A stretch of DNA of 64,000 nt from an uncultured Anaerolinea sp. Its GTDB lineage: Bacteria; Chloroflexota; Anaerolineae; Anaerolineales; Anaerolineaceae. Location of the stretch: contig CAZQXI010000002.1 in the NCBI GenBank assembly GCA_964597505.1, positions 92,775-156,774 on the forward strand, written 5' to 3'. Positions 27,837 to 38,141 of the stretch are shown here, one piece after another. The notes under the pieces were generated by a model that was not told the DNA's origin, made no database searches, and was given only the letters and a program-made list of their open reading frames with translations. The position numbers and the translations under genes are program-made. How positions within the stretch are numbered: the stretch's first letter is position 1; the number at the start of each line of letters is the position of its first letter.

Positions 27837-29453
27837 TTATGCTTTTAAAGATCTTTTCAATCTTGCTTCCTCGATCAATGCCAGCATACCGCCAAGATTG
27901 ACCTCCCAACTGGAGCCTTCCTGCTTTTCTATGGCTGCCAGCACCAGTTCCGCATACTTTGTTGGCTGCTTCAAACGCAGTTCCACGGCCTGCAGCAGCA
28001 CCTCGCTGAGCGCAGCGGTCATTTCTTTAAAAAGCTTGTTGTTTGGAGAAGGGCTTTGGCTGAGCAAGGCTGCCAGGTCTTTGACCTGGCCGGCGGTGGC
28101 CTTGCCGCCTTCGCGGAAGAGTATTCCGCCCGGCGCTTCGTTGGCCGGGTGCCACATGTCGTTCATTTTTGCTGCTTCACCCGCGGGGTTAAGCCCACAG
28201 ATCTGTTCGGCCAACCCGTCCACCGCGCGCGCGACGGGAATGACCGTGCCCTCGTAAGCGCCGCCGTGCGGTTCATATAATGAGGGCATGCAGTTGTAAT
28301 CCGCAGCGCGCATCATCTCGCTGAAAAAGGTCAGGCGGCCGTCCAGGCAGGCCACATTATCGGGGAACTCTCTGGCCAGCGCCTGCATCCGTTCAAGCCG
28401 GGCCGGGCTGCCGCTGTCGCCATGGACGGTGGTGAACACCACGAAAAGCGGAAGAGCTTTGTCTTTGCGTAAAAGCTGTCGGGTGCTTTCAACCATCACA
28501 TCATGCAGTTTCTGCGCCACGCGGCGCCCCATGCTGATCACGATCACTTTGTTGCCGCACTTGCCGCTGATCTCGGCAGGCAGCAGTTTGCGTGCCTCCG
28601 ACTGGGACATAAAAAGTTCCTTACGGGCTGTTTCTGGGTCTTCGATCAGGCGCTGTTTGAGGGTCTGCAGAGCGTTATCTAATTTTGTAAAAGCCGCATT
28701 GTTGATGCCCACCACCCTGCCCATCAAGGCTTGCAGATGCGGTGCCATCACCCTGGTCTGGATGGCTTCGCTGCGCATGCCGTAGGCAAATCCGCGGTTG
28801 ACGGTGGTAACCACGTCGGCCAGTTCCATGCCGATCTCAAGCGCGGTTTTGATGCCGTCGTTTTTGCGTTCCGTGCCAAACATTGAAAAAACTTTGCCGA
28901 AAGGCTTGATCTCATTGACCAGACATTCGTCAAAAGTATTATGCAGGGTCAGAGAAACGTGATGGCGGTTGCGGGCAAGCACCATAGCCGGCACGGTTTC
29001 CCAATCAGCAGCCCACACGAACTGCTGCGGCGAGGCGGCCGCTTTGAGAAGTTCATCCACAGCCAGGCCGAACCATAAGGTGTCTTCACGCAGGCTCGCC
29101 AATGGAATATCATAAGGGGTTTCGATGCCCTCGAAGCGGCCGTCTATGGCAAGGAACAGGATCGGGGCAAATTCATCCGTAGAAACCAACACCCGGCAGG
29201 GGCGTCCGTTCACCTTGAAGGTCCACTCTGTGGGCTTGACCTTGCCGCTCGTGATGGGATCGTCCTGCAGTTTGTCGCGTTTGAGTTTGGGGCACCAGGG
29301 AGCGATCATGATGCCGTGTTTGAAATTGCGGCGTTCCTGTTTGGTGACCGCGGTGATCCCAGTGCAGGGAGTGAATTCGGTTTCATAACGCAGCATAAAA
29401 AATTGCGCACTGCCGATTGTTTTATTAAACTTTTCATTCAGCGGGGTTTTCAT
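27837..29453 (-). CDS. glycosyltransferase, glycogen/starch synthase-like (tentative)
   Basis: 538 aa; resemblance to the GlgA-type N-domain (…AADWETVPAMVLAR…) and a GT-B C-domain. Confidence 0.5.
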   Translation of the reverse strand: MKTPLNEKFNKTIGSAQFFMLRYETEFTPCTGITAVTKQERRNFKHGIMIAPWCPKLKRDKLQDDPITSGKVKPTEWTFKVNGRPCRVLVSTDEFAPILFLAIDGRFEGIETPYDIPLASLREDTLWFGLAVDELLKAAASPQQFVWAADWETVPAMVLARNRHHVSLTLHNTFDECLVNEIKPFGKVFSMFGTERKNDGIKTALEIGMELADVVTTVNRGFAYGMRSEAIQTRVMAPHLQALMGRVVGINNAAFTKLDNALQTLKQRLIEDPETARKELFMSQSEARKLLPAEISGKCGNKVIVISMGRRVAQKLHDVMVESTRQLLRKDKALPLFVVFTTVHGDSGSPARLERMQALAREFPDNVACLDGRLTFFSEMMRAADYNCMPSLYEPHGGAYEGTVIPVARAVDGLAEQICGLNPAGEAAKMNDMWHPANEAPGGILFREGGKATAGQVKDLAALLSQSPSPNNKLFKEMTAALSEVLLQAVELRLKQPTKYAELVLAAIEKQEGSSWEVNLGGMLALIEEARLKRSLKA

Positions 29454-29630
29454 AAAACTCTCCCTAACCTAGAACAACTTTCAATGAATATTATAAATGG
29501 GACAATATCGTTCGCTTCTTTCCAATTTGAATTCTCAGATAAGGGCTTTCTTTGCGGCCATTGCAATCTTTATATTCTCGCTCTGCGCACTAGCGCGAAG
29601 CGCGCTATGTGTTGCGGGAAAGGATTTTTG

Positions 29631-30032
29631 TTATTTTCCCTTATTCCATGACCCGATCTCGATAATATTTCCTTCAGGGTCGGCCACCATGGAGGAGCGC
29701 ATGCCCCAGGGTTCGTCGCGGGGAGCGTAGAGACTTCTGGCGCCGGCGGCCACGACCCTCTCATATTCACGATCCGCTTCCGCGGAGGTGGGGAAGTCCA
29801 GGGCGATCTCGAAAGTGCCGTTCAAGGCGGGAGGAAAGGTGGGGGTTTCTTCAAACAATTCTGCGAGTTCTTTTCGGCGGTACATTGAGAATCTTACGCC
29901 TTCGTTTTTAAATTCAGCGTACGGGCTTTGTCCATCCCAATCGGTCTCAAAGCCCAAGATGTCGCGATAAAAGGGAACCATCACCTGCATGTTTCCAGCA
30001 AAAATCCCAAGCATGTCTATTCTTGCAGTCAT
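29631..30032 (-). CDS. VOC (glyoxalase/bleomycin-resistance) family protein
   Basis: 133 aa, MLGIFAGNMQVMVPFYRDILGFE. Confidence 0.8.
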   Translation of the reverse strand: MTARIDMLGIFAGNMQVMVPFYRDILGFETDWDGQSPYAEFKNEGVRFSMYRRKELAELFEETPTFPPALNGTFEIALDFPTSAEADREYERVVAAGARSLYAPRDEPWGMRSSMVADPEGNIIEIGSWNKGK

Positions 30033-30046
30033 ATTATTCCTCCTGG

Positions 30047-30865
30047 TTAATCGTGATATCTCATCTCGCCGGCTTCAATGCGGACGGGCAGAAAATTTTC
30101 TTTTGGCGGCAGGGGACAGGTCGCCCAGGGAGTATAGGCGCAGGGCCAGTTGAGCGCGGCGTTGAAATCCAGCCTGAAGGTTTCGATGAGCGGTTTAGGC
30201 AAGGTTAACAGCCTACCACCCGGATAGGTCAGATCTTTACGGGTTTCATCCACGAAGCTGATCAGCCCTTCGTCTTCGGCATCTTCAACCTGCAGAACAA
30301 GGTCTTTTCCATCAAGGTTGAAGTGTACTTCACCAAGCATACTGCTTTCATGCTGAGACCCGATCACATCTGTGACCGTGAAGATTCTGGGCGGGTCATA
30401 GGGGATGAAGCTTGCCTCAACATTGAAAGCGGGGTTGACCGGGAAATACTTGAATCCCTTGAACGCCTTGAGGGAGGGTGAATCGACATCCCAGGCGCGC
30501 AGCATGGCCTTGCCGCCGCGGTTAATAACCATCAGATGGATAGGACCTGCTTCGACCAGGTCAGGATCGCCGTCTGCATCTGCTTTCAATATGCGCAGTT
30601 CAGCTGTTTGCCGATTGAGTAGCACGCCCTCCGCGGCTTCGGTCAGACAAACCTGCCCGTTTTCGAGACGCAGGCATCCGCTGCGCGGATGAGGAAAGCC
30701 GGGCAGAACGATCTTGTTGGAATCCGCGCTGCCGAAAGGGTTGTCGCCCTCTTCGAGCCAGAAAAGACCGGCCAATGCCAGCCAGTGACGAGGGTTTGTT
30801 TTGACACGTTCGTCGCGTTCTTTACGCGACTGTAAAAGTGTTTCAAGGGGTGTTTTTTCAGTCAT
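30047..30865 (-). CDS. DUF1684 domain protein
   Basis: C-terminal FNAALNWPCAYTPWATCPLPPKENFLPVRIEAGE matches the DUF1684 signature. Confidence 0.7.
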   Translation of the reverse strand: MTEKTPLETLLQSRKERDERVKTNPRHWLALAGLFWLEEGDNPFGSADSNKIVLPGFPHPRSGCLRLENGQVCLTEAAEGVLLNRQTAELRILKADADGDPDLVEAGPIHLMVINRGGKAMLRAWDVDSPSLKAFKGFKYFPVNPAFNVEASFIPYDPPRIFTVTDVIGSQHESSMLGEVHFNLDGKDLVLQVEDAEDEGLISFVDETRKDLTYPGGRLLTLPKPLIETFRLDFNAALNWPCAYTPWATCPLPPKENFLPVRIEAGEMRYHD

Positions 30866-30956
30866 TTGAACTCAAAATTGTTAATTATTTATATAATCGC
30901 CGACAAAAAGCCTTGCCAAAAAGGCTTCAAATATTACACAAGAGTATACTCAATAT

Positions 30957-33017
30957 TTGGGTAATTTCAGAAAAGGAGAAAAAATGCCCTTAAATCTTTT
31001 ATACATTGGTTTGGCAGTCGTAGTTTTAATTTTCCTGCTTTCAGGGATCAGGTTCATCCCTAACAACAGGGTCGGCATCGTTGAAAAACGATTCGGCGGA
31101 CGGTCGGTGAAGGGACGCTTCATCGCGCTTCACGGCGAGGCTGGTTACCAGCCTGACCTGCTGCGTGGTGGTTTGCATTACCTGATCCCCATCCAGTATT
31201 CGGTGCACATTGCGCCGCTGGTCACCATCGCCCAGGGCAAGATCGGTTACATCTTCGCCCGTGACGGTGTACCGCTTTCTGCGATGCAGGTTTTGGCATC
31301 CAATATCACAGCCAATGATTTTCAAGATGTGGCCGCCTTTTTGAACAACGGCGGGCAGCGCGGTCCACAGCGCCAGATCTTGCGTGAAGGTACCTATGCC
31401 ATCAACCTGGCGCAATTCGTGGTCATCACTGAAGAACAGGTCTATTACATGCCGCTCAGCCGTGAAGACCAGAATGTCATTCAGAATATGCGTGCTGTGA
31501 TTGCAGAGCGTAAAGGTTTCACCCCGGTGGTCATCAAAGATTCTGATGATCAAATAGGTGTGGTCACCGTACATGACGGCCCCTCTCTGGCTTCCGGCGA
31601 GATCATCGCTCCAGTCGTGGGTGCTGATGTTAATGATGCACTGACCTATCACAATAACTTCCAAATGCCTGACCGCTTCATTGCTGCCAATGGCTTGCGC
31701 GGACGCCAGCTCCAGGTTTTGGTTGAAGGCACCTACTATCTCAACCGCCTGTTCGCCACGGTTGAAATGATTCCAAAGACCGTGATCGAAGTTGGTTTTG
31801 TTGGGGTAGTGGTTTCTTACACCGGCAACATTGGTGTGGATCTTTCAGGCACCGATTACCGGCACGGCGAATTGGTCGGCACCGGCAACCGTGGTGTGTG
31901 GAGTGATCCGCTGCTGCCAGGCAAGTATGCTTTCAATACCTATGCCGGTAAAGTGGTGCCTGTTCCAACCACCAATATCATCCTAAAATGGATCAAGAGT
32001 GAAACAGGTTCGCATCATTTTGACGAAAACCTGTCTGAAGTCTCATTGATCACCCGGGATGCTTTTGAACCTTCCCTGCCGCTTTCTGTCGTGATCCATA
32101 TTGATTACAAGAAAGCGCCCCTGGTAGTACAGCGTTTCGGCGATGTTAAAAAGTTGGTTGAACAGACGCTGGACCCCATGGTTTCGGCCTATTTCAAGAA
32201 CGTCGGCCAGACCCGTACGCTCATCCAACTCATTCAGGAACGAAATGATATTCAGAATCTTTCAAGCAAAGAAATGAAAGATAAATTTGCCCACTACAAC
32301 CTTGAGCTGGAAGAAGTATTGATCGGCACACCGACCACCAATGGTGAAGACAAACAGATCGAGATCATTCTTAACCAACTGCGTTCTCGCCAGATCGCGG
32401 TTGAGCAGATCGAAACTTTTCAAAAACAGCAAACGGCTGCTGTCAAGGAACGCGAACTGCGCGAAGCTCAAGCACGCACCGAACAGCAGCGCAACATCAC
32501 TGAGTCTGAGCTGAGTATCACCGTACAATCAAACCAGGGTAAAGCGGAATACCAGCGCGCACTGCAGCAAGCCGCCCAGATCAAAACCCTGGCCCAGGCG
32601 GATGCCGAGCGCATCGCCCGCACCGGTATTGCCCAAGCTATCGCCACTGAAGAACAGGTTGCCGCTTACGGCGGACCGCAGTTCCAGGTGACACAGCAGG
32701 TGATGAACCGCTTCGCCGAAGCCGTGCAGCAATCCCGTGTGGATGTGGTGCCAAGAGTGGTCATCAGCGGCAACAACGCCGAAGGCGGATCATCCAATGG
32801 CAGCGTGATGGAAGGTCTTTTAACCCTGCTGCTTTCAGACAAGCTTAATCTGGCTGTGACCGGTGAAACCACCAAGGAACGCAGTAAAGACGCTGAAGCT
32901 TTGCGCAACGATATTCGCAAGAGCATGAAGGCCTTCGATGCGGTACCCGGTGGAGATGCCCCTGCGGCTGAAAAACCGGTTGAGAAACCAACCGACAAAC
33001 CGGCTGACAAAGCCTAA
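30957..33017 (+). CDS. flotillin/SPFH (band 7) family membrane protein (YqiK-like)
   Basis: N-terminal TM, SPFH domain, long Ala/Gln/Glu-rich flotillin coiled coil, 686 aa. Confidence 0.8.
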   Translation: MGNFRKGEKMPLNLLYIGLAVVVLIFLLSGIRFIPNNRVGIVEKRFGGRSVKGRFIALHGEAGYQPDLLRGGLHYLIPIQYSVHIAPLVTIAQGKIGYIFARDGVPLSAMQVLASNITANDFQDVAAFLNNGGQRGPQRQILREGTYAINLAQFVVITEEQVYYMPLSREDQNVIQNMRAVIAERKGFTPVVIKDSDDQIGVVTVHDGPSLASGEIIAPVVGADVNDALTYHNNFQMPDRFIAANGLRGRQLQVLVEGTYYLNRLFATVEMIPKTVIEVGFVGVVVSYTGNIGVDLSGTDYRHGELVGTGNRGVWSDPLLPGKYAFNTYAGKVVPVPTTNIILKWIKSETGSHHFDENLSEVSLITRDAFEPSLPLSVVIHIDYKKAPLVVQRFGDVKKLVEQTLDPMVSAYFKNVGQTRTLIQLIQERNDIQNLSSKEMKDKFAHYNLELEEVLIGTPTTNGEDKQIEIILNQLRSRQIAVEQIETFQKQQTAAVKERELREAQARTEQQRNITESELSITVQSNQGKAEYQRALQQAAQIKTLAQADAERIARTGIAQAIATEEQVAAYGGPQFQVTQQVMNRFAEAVQQSRVDVVPRVVISGNNAEGGSSNGSVMEGLLTLLLSDKLNLAVTGETTKERSKDAEALRNDIRKSMKAFDAVPGGDAPAAEKPVEKPTDKPADKA

Positions 33018-33033
33018 ATAATACTAAAACACC

Positions 33034-33069
33034 AAAAAGACTCCCGCGGTATATAAAACCGCGGGAGTC
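33034..33069 (-). terminator. 12-bp hairpin gactcccgcggt/accgcgggagtc with U-tract on minus strand
   Basis: Between convergent genes. Confidence 0.55.
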
Positions 33070-33112
33070 CGTACTTAAACGGATTGTAGTCCGAGGGGGA
33101 CTTATGGGAAGG

Positions 33113-33604
33113 TTATTCAGCACAAAGCTGTTGAGATTGATCCCAGTAGCAGGTATGACCATCTTGGGTGATGAACGAGAGATTAACGTTGCCCAGATTA
33201 TTGATCTGGCTGACGGTTAGGTTATCTTTTACAAGGGATAAAATTTCTTCAGATGTTGTGGCAAGAAAAACCTGGTCTGCCAGGTTATCCACCTTGACCT
33301 CCAGCTTTACATCCAGAGCCATGGCGGAATAGGTGTTACCGCAACTATTGACCTCGCCGTAGCTCGAACTTTTGATGGATGCGGTAATACCTTTTTCAGC
33401 CAGTTTTTCGGTCAAGGTGCGGTCAAAATCTGCGGACCCATCACCGTATGCCCAGGTCCAGGCGCAATACTCGGGCGTGGGTGTTGGGGTGGAAGGAGGA
33501 GGTACATACGTTAAAGAAGAAACCAGCCTGCATCCTGAAAGGGTCAACAGAATGAGTAAAGAAAGTGCAATCTGTTTTTTCAATCCAGAAGAAGGCTGGT
33601 TCAT
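33113..33604 (-). CDS. lipoprotein, hypothetical
   Basis: Signal + lipobox LTLSGC, PPPSTPTPTP linker. Confidence 0.5.
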   Translation of the reverse strand: MNQPSSGLKKQIALSLLILLTLSGCRLVSSLTYVPPPSTPTPTPEYCAWTWAYGDGSADFDRTLTEKLAEKGITASIKSSSYGEVNSCGNTYSAMALDVKLEVKVDNLADQVFLATTSEEILSLVKDNLTVSQINNLGNVNLSFITQDGHTCYWDQSQQLCAE

Positions 33605-33614
33605 AAACTAATCC

Positions 33615-34847
33615 TTAATCTGCAGGTTGTGACTCTGCAACCTTTACCAGATTTAACTGTTTGGTACGGTTCATTGAGACGAGATAAACGATCAATAAGG
33701 CGACAAGCAGAACAAACATGAAGACCGGGATGGTATCGAGTGAAATACGACGGGCAAACACTCCCATCAGGGTGGGTAATAAAGCACCGCCGATACCGGC
33801 AGACATCATCTGAAAACCGATGGTATTGGCCGCGAATTTCGGGCTGACCCGCGAGCTGGTACCAGACATCAAGGCCGGGAAGATCGGAGCGATGGCAAAA
33901 CCGATGGCTACGACCCCGATCAAGCTGATGATCGATGTGGGGTTCCACCACAGCAAAACGGCTCCGATAATGGCGCCGACAGTGCCGACGAGGATGGTCT
34001 TATTAACACCCAAACGATTGGCATATAGACCTGCCAGAATTCGTCCGACCGTGAACAGACCGTAAAAGCTGCCTGCCCAGAAACCAGCCGTCTTGGTGGC
34101 GATGCCGCGACCCTCGGTTAAAAAGGTGTAAGCCCAGGCGCCCAATCCCATTTCAGCACCAACGTACAAGACAAAAAGCAGCATGCTTAGCCAGACTTCA
34201 GGCTGCTGCAAGGTTTCTTTATATGAGGTCTTGTATTCGGTGATCTTCTTTTCTTCTTTTGAGTCACTCTGTTTGGTTTTGGGTCCCCACATCTTCATGG
34301 TAATGAAGAATGTGATCGCCAGTAAAATTTGAAAAATTGCAACAACGCGGTAACCGAAGTGCCAGGTATTGAATGAAGCCAACCCGAGGGTCATGACGAT
34401 TGGACCAAGGGTCACACCGATGCCGTAGCTGGCGTGCAGCCACTGCATCAGGCCTTCAGTGAAGTTGGCGGCGACGTAAGTGTTCAAACCGGCGTCAATG
34501 GCTCCGGCACCCAACCCGCCGAACAACCCGAGGATGACCATGATCCACCAGGCCGGGACGATGGTGTAGCTGAGCAGCGCCAGGCCGGTCAACCCGCAGG
34601 AGGCGGCGAGCAGCCCACCCACCCCCATTTTTCGGAGGAGATAGCCGGAAGCGAAACTTGCGCTAAGATAACCGGCGGTTCCAGCGAAAAAGAAGAAACC
34701 AAGTGCATCGAGGGGTACTTGAAATCCGGCGCGCATGGAGGGCCAGCCAACGCCCAACAATCCGTCGGGCATGCCGAGGGCAATAAATGCGATGTAAGCG
34801 AGAAGAATCAAACCGATTTTTATGGATGGTTTTTTTGCAGTGGTCAT
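33615..34847 (-). CDS. MFS transporter
   Basis: 12 TM; start set at MTTAKKPSIK with RBS gaaggaaacc. Confidence 0.85.
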   Translation of the reverse strand: MTTAKKPSIKIGLILLAYIAFIALGMPDGLLGVGWPSMRAGFQVPLDALGFFFFAGTAGYLSASFASGYLLRKMGVGGLLAASCGLTGLALLSYTIVPAWWIMVILGLFGGLGAGAIDAGLNTYVAANFTEGLMQWLHASYGIGVTLGPIVMTLGLASFNTWHFGYRVVAIFQILLAITFFITMKMWGPKTKQSDSKEEKKITEYKTSYKETLQQPEVWLSMLLFVLYVGAEMGLGAWAYTFLTEGRGIATKTAGFWAGSFYGLFTVGRILAGLYANRLGVNKTILVGTVGAIIGAVLLWWNPTSIISLIGVVAIGFAIAPIFPALMSGTSSRVSPKFAANTIGFQMMSAGIGGALLPTLMGVFARRISLDTIPVFMFVLLVALLIVYLVSMNRTKQLNLVKVAESQPAD

Positions 34848-34952
34848 AATGGTTTCCTTCACTTCAGTAGATTTGAGCATTATAGCACAAAACTGCAACC
34901 GGTTGCATAAAACTTTTGCTTACTTTTATGAAAAGTGGCAAGGTGAGATTGG

Positions 34953-34991
34953 CAAATAAAAAGACGCACATTGAAACCAATGGCGTCTTTT
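34953..34991 (-). terminator. rho-independent terminator of ABC ATPase gene
   Basis: aaaagacgc...gcgtctttt hairpin followed by TTTTTATTT on minus strand. Confidence 0.55.
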
Positions 34992-35010
34992 CAAGTAAGT
35001 AAAACCTTGT

Positions 35011-35751
35011 CTAATCGTGTTTGCCTTTGACCAGTTCCATTATTTCAGCTTTGGTGGAATAGATCTGTACCAGCTTGCCATCACGCATTTGCAAAACCCT
35101 GTCAACATATTCGCACATGCGCAGGTCGTGAGTCACCATGATGCCTGCCCGGTTCTGTTCGTGGATCAAGCCGGCGAAGGTCTCTACCACCTGGTAGGCG
35201 CGTTCGGTATCCAGGCTGGCGGTTGGTTCATCCGCCAACACCAGGCTGGGATTGTGGATCATGGCGCGGGCAATGGCCACACGCTGCTGCTGTCCGCCTG
35301 ACATTTGCCCGGGAAGATTGTGCAGCCTTTCGGCCAGTCCAAGCCGGGCCAATAGTTCGCGCGAACGGATCTTGCCGGTCTTGTCGAGCTTACCGTTCAA
35401 ACGAAGCATAAGTTCCACGTTTTCGACCGCGCTGAGGTAAGGCACAAGGTTGTTGGCTTGAAAAGTGAAGCCGATCTTGTTGCGGCGCATGGCGACGCGA
35501 TCAACCTCGTTCATGGCGGCCAGGTCCTGACCGTCGAGGATCACCTTGCCGGAGGTTGGTTTGAGCAGCGCCGCGAGAATGGAAAGCATGGTGGTCTTGC
35601 CTGAACCGCTGGGGCCGACCAGGGCTACGAATTCGCCCGGTTTGACCTGCAGTGAGACTTCATCCACGGCGTTGATGACGCCGGATTCACTCTGGTAGGT
35701 TTTGGTGACAATTTCTGTTTCAAGAGCGTAAGTGTTCATAGTGGATTCCAA
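35011..35751 (-). CDS. ABC transporter ATP-binding protein (MacB/LolD-type)
   Basis: Walker [24 protein letters not shown], Walker B LVLADEPT. Confidence 0.9.
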   Translation of the reverse strand: MESTMNTYALETEIVTKTYQSESGVINAVDEVSLQVKPGEFVALVGPSGSGKTTMLSILAALLKPTSGKVILDGQDLAAMNEVDRVAMRRNKIGFTFQANNLVPYLSAVENVELMLRLNGKLDKTGKIRSRELLARLGLAERLHNLPGQMSGGQQQRVAIARAMIHNPSLVLADEPTASLDTERAYQVVETFAGLIHEQNRAGIMVTHDLRMCEYVDRVLQMRDGKLVQIYSTKAEIMELVKGKHD

Positions 35752-35753
35752 CT

Positions 35754-36923
35754 CTAGGAGAGCCCAAGTGCTTTAAGGGGTTCAATCCTGACAGCGTAAC
35801 GGGTGGAGACAAGTCCGCTCAATGGACCGATCAATAATAAGGCGACAACTGCAATGGCGGTGGTGGTTCCGTTGAATACGATGGGCACGGTGGGTGGAAA
35901 AGAAAGTGAAAACAGGAAGGTGAGAAATCCACCAATGGCAACACCGACCATGGTAACCACTACAATTTGAAGAATTGAAGCCATGGCAACTATCGGGTTG
36001 GCGGTGCCGATAGCTTTCAGCACGCCAATTTGGGCCACTTTTTGCAGAATTTGGATCTGGAAAAAGCCGCCAATCACCAATACGCCGATGAAGAGCGTGA
36101 ATCCGCCCTGCAGATTGAGGGTGCTTTGTTGGGCAGAATAACCCGGCAGAGCCTGGATGGCTTGTTTAAGGGTTGCTGTTTCAACATTATTGACTTGCGA
36201 CACAATGTCTGCGCTGACCTGGTCAATGGCTGCGGGGTCATTCAACTTAACCAGGATGACATTGGCAACCGGATTTGAACTGTTGATTTCGGCTTCAGAC
36301 TTGGGTTTAATGCGGTCCCAGGTATAGAAAGGTACAAAAACTGATGGCTGCAGGGAATACTGTTGGCCGTCTGAAATGCCCACAATACGCAGCGTGTAGA
36401 ATTCGTCTTGGGTGCCCTGAGTGACGCGGAGGGTGAGATCATCTCCGACTGTTAAGTCACTGCGCAAGGCGGTATTCCGGTCGATGATGACCTCATTTGA
36501 CAGGTCGGTGCCTAGCTGATTTCCTTCCATGACGGTTGGTTCACCGGTGTGTCCAGGTTGGACGCCAAGCAGGGCTACTTTAAGGGGTTCTACATCACCC
36601 GGCAAAATAATGGTCGCGTTGGCGGTGCCGAGCATGCCGACATCAGCCACACCTTCCACACGGCGGATGGCGGCTAAACGATCTTTGCTGAGCCGGCTGG
36701 CTGCGATCAGGAAATCCGATTTGGATTGATAGGTGATCAACTGTGCATCCAGCTTGGAGATGTACTCGCGGTTGCCGTTGCCCAATCCTTCACCCAGTGC
36801 GGCGATAAAGAGCACCAATAGGGTAATGAGAGCAATCACCAGGCTCACCAGCAGAAAGCGGCTGCGGTTGCGCCATATTTCTTTGAGCGCCAAAAAGCCC
36901 GAAATTTCAAAAATTTGTCTCAT
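35754..36923 (-). CDS. ABC transporter permease, FtsX/MacB-like
   Basis: N-terminal TM, large periplasmic domain, C-terminal 3-TM FtsX domain. Confidence 0.8.
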   Translation of the reverse strand: MRQIFEISGFLALKEIWRNRSRFLLVSLVIALITLLVLFIAALGEGLGNGNREYISKLDAQLITYQSKSDFLIAASRLSKDRLAAIRRVEGVADVGMLGTANATIILPGDVEPLKVALLGVQPGHTGEPTVMEGNQLGTDLSNEVIIDRNTALRSDLTVGDDLTLRVTQGTQDEFYTLRIVGISDGQQYSLQPSVFVPFYTWDRIKPKSEAEINSSNPVANVILVKLNDPAAIDQVSADIVSQVNNVETATLKQAIQALPGYSAQQSTLNLQGGFTLFIGVLVIGGFFQIQILQKVAQIGVLKAIGTANPIVAMASILQIVVVTMVGVAIGGFLTFLFSLSFPPTVPIVFNGTTTAIAVVALLLIGPLSGLVSTRYAVRIEPLKALGLS

Positions 36924-36942
36924 GGGGTTTTCCCGGCCCTTT

Positions 36943-38118
36943 CTACTTGAGGAACTCAACAGCACCAGTCATACCCCAGCGCATCAGCGGATCGGTTTGA
37001 GTCAGCAGGATGGTTACGGTATAGGTGACATCACCGCGTTTTTCTTCAAATAATGAATTGATGTAGGTGACTTCACCTTGTAAGGTTTTTTCAGGGAGGG
37101 CATCCAGGACTACATTTGCTTTTTGGCCGGTGGTGATCGTAGTGACCTCGGTTTCTGTCAGGTTGTCGGTTTTTACCACCCAGTCTGAGTAATCCGCTAT
37201 GACCACGGCAGTTTCGCCAGCTGCAACTTTTTGTCCCGGCTGCAGGGTAAGATCAACAATGGTACCGGCTATATTGGCGGTCAAGGATAAGGCATCAATC
37301 TGATTTTGGGCATTCACTACCGCTGAGTTGGCTGAATCCAGTCTGGCTTTGGCCATATCCAATTCGTTGGAGTTGGCTCCGTTTAGAAGTTTTTCGAGCT
37401 GACGTTGAGCGTCTTCGTAAAGGGCTTTGGCAACAGCCACTTCAGCATTTGAAATCGAGAGGTCCTGTGCGTTAGGCGGATTGATATAGTTGTTCAGGTT
37501 TAGTTTCGCCTGTTCAAGGTTCAATCTGGCATTGGAGAGTGTGCTGAGAGCCGCAGCTTTTAGGGGATCGGAATCAGGCGTTTCAGTGAAATCGTTGTAT
37601 TTCTCTTCTGCTGTTTTAACTTTGTCTTCAGCCAGGGTCACGGCTGCGCGGGCAGCATTGATCACATCCTGATTGGTCTGACGGGCCTGACCCTGGATGA
37701 CCTGATTTCCGCTGACTTTGTCATAATTTTTCTTGGCGTTGGCTACATTCAGTTGAGCCTGGGCCAGGGTAAGGTCTTTTGAGCTAAGCAATTGATCATA
37801 AGCCTGCTGCGCTGCGAGAGCTTCCGCTTGGGCGTTTTCAAGCGCAAGTTTTGCTGCAGGCGAATCCTTTAGGCGGGCCAGTACCTGACCAGCTTTGACA
37901 ACATCGCCATTCTTTACTAATACTTCTTCAATTTGGCCTGAAACAGAAAAGGAATGAGCCAGTGAATTGATCGGCTGCAAATTTCCTTCTGCGATCAAGG
38001 TTTGATTTTGTACACTCACTGGAGCGGGGGTTGAATCTTCATTAGTTTTTGCTGAACAAGCGGTCAGTACCAAAGAGGCAGCAACAATAAGCAAAACAAT
38101 TACGGGTAATTTTTTCAT
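36943..38118 (-). CDS. HlyD-family periplasmic adaptor (membrane fusion protein), lipoprotein
   Basis: MKKLPVIVLLIVAASLVLTAC, coiled-coil hairpin, beta-barrel domains. Confidence 0.85.
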   Translation of the reverse strand: MKKLPVIVLLIVAASLVLTACSAKTNEDSTPAPVSVQNQTLIAEGNLQPINSLAHSFSVSGQIEEVLVKNGDVVKAGQVLARLKDSPAAKLALENAQAEALAAQQAYDQLLSSKDLTLAQAQLNVANAKKNYDKVSGNQVIQGQARQTNQDVINAARAAVTLAEDKVKTAEEKYNDFTETPDSDPLKAAALSTLSNARLNLEQAKLNLNNYINPPNAQDLSISNAEVAVAKALYEDAQRQLEKLLNGANSNELDMAKARLDSANSAVVNAQNQIDALSLTANIAGTIVDLTLQPGQKVAAGETAVVIADYSDWVVKTDNLTETEVTTITTGQKANVVLDALPEKTLQGEVTYINSLFEEKRGDVTYTVTILLTQTDPLMRWGMTGAVEFLK

Positions 38119-38141
38119 GTTAATTCTCCAAACTCAATCAA

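Noticed and set aside
29586-29602. Palindrome TAGCGCG-aag-CGCGCTA between glycosyltransferase and VOC genes
   Set aside because: It has no U-tract in either orientation and no recurrence elsewhere. Likely an incidental GC hairpin or weak terminator.
31041-31664. 207-aa minus-strand ORF inside the flotillin gene
   Set aside because: Antisense to a well-supported SPFH/flotillin CDS. No independent signals.
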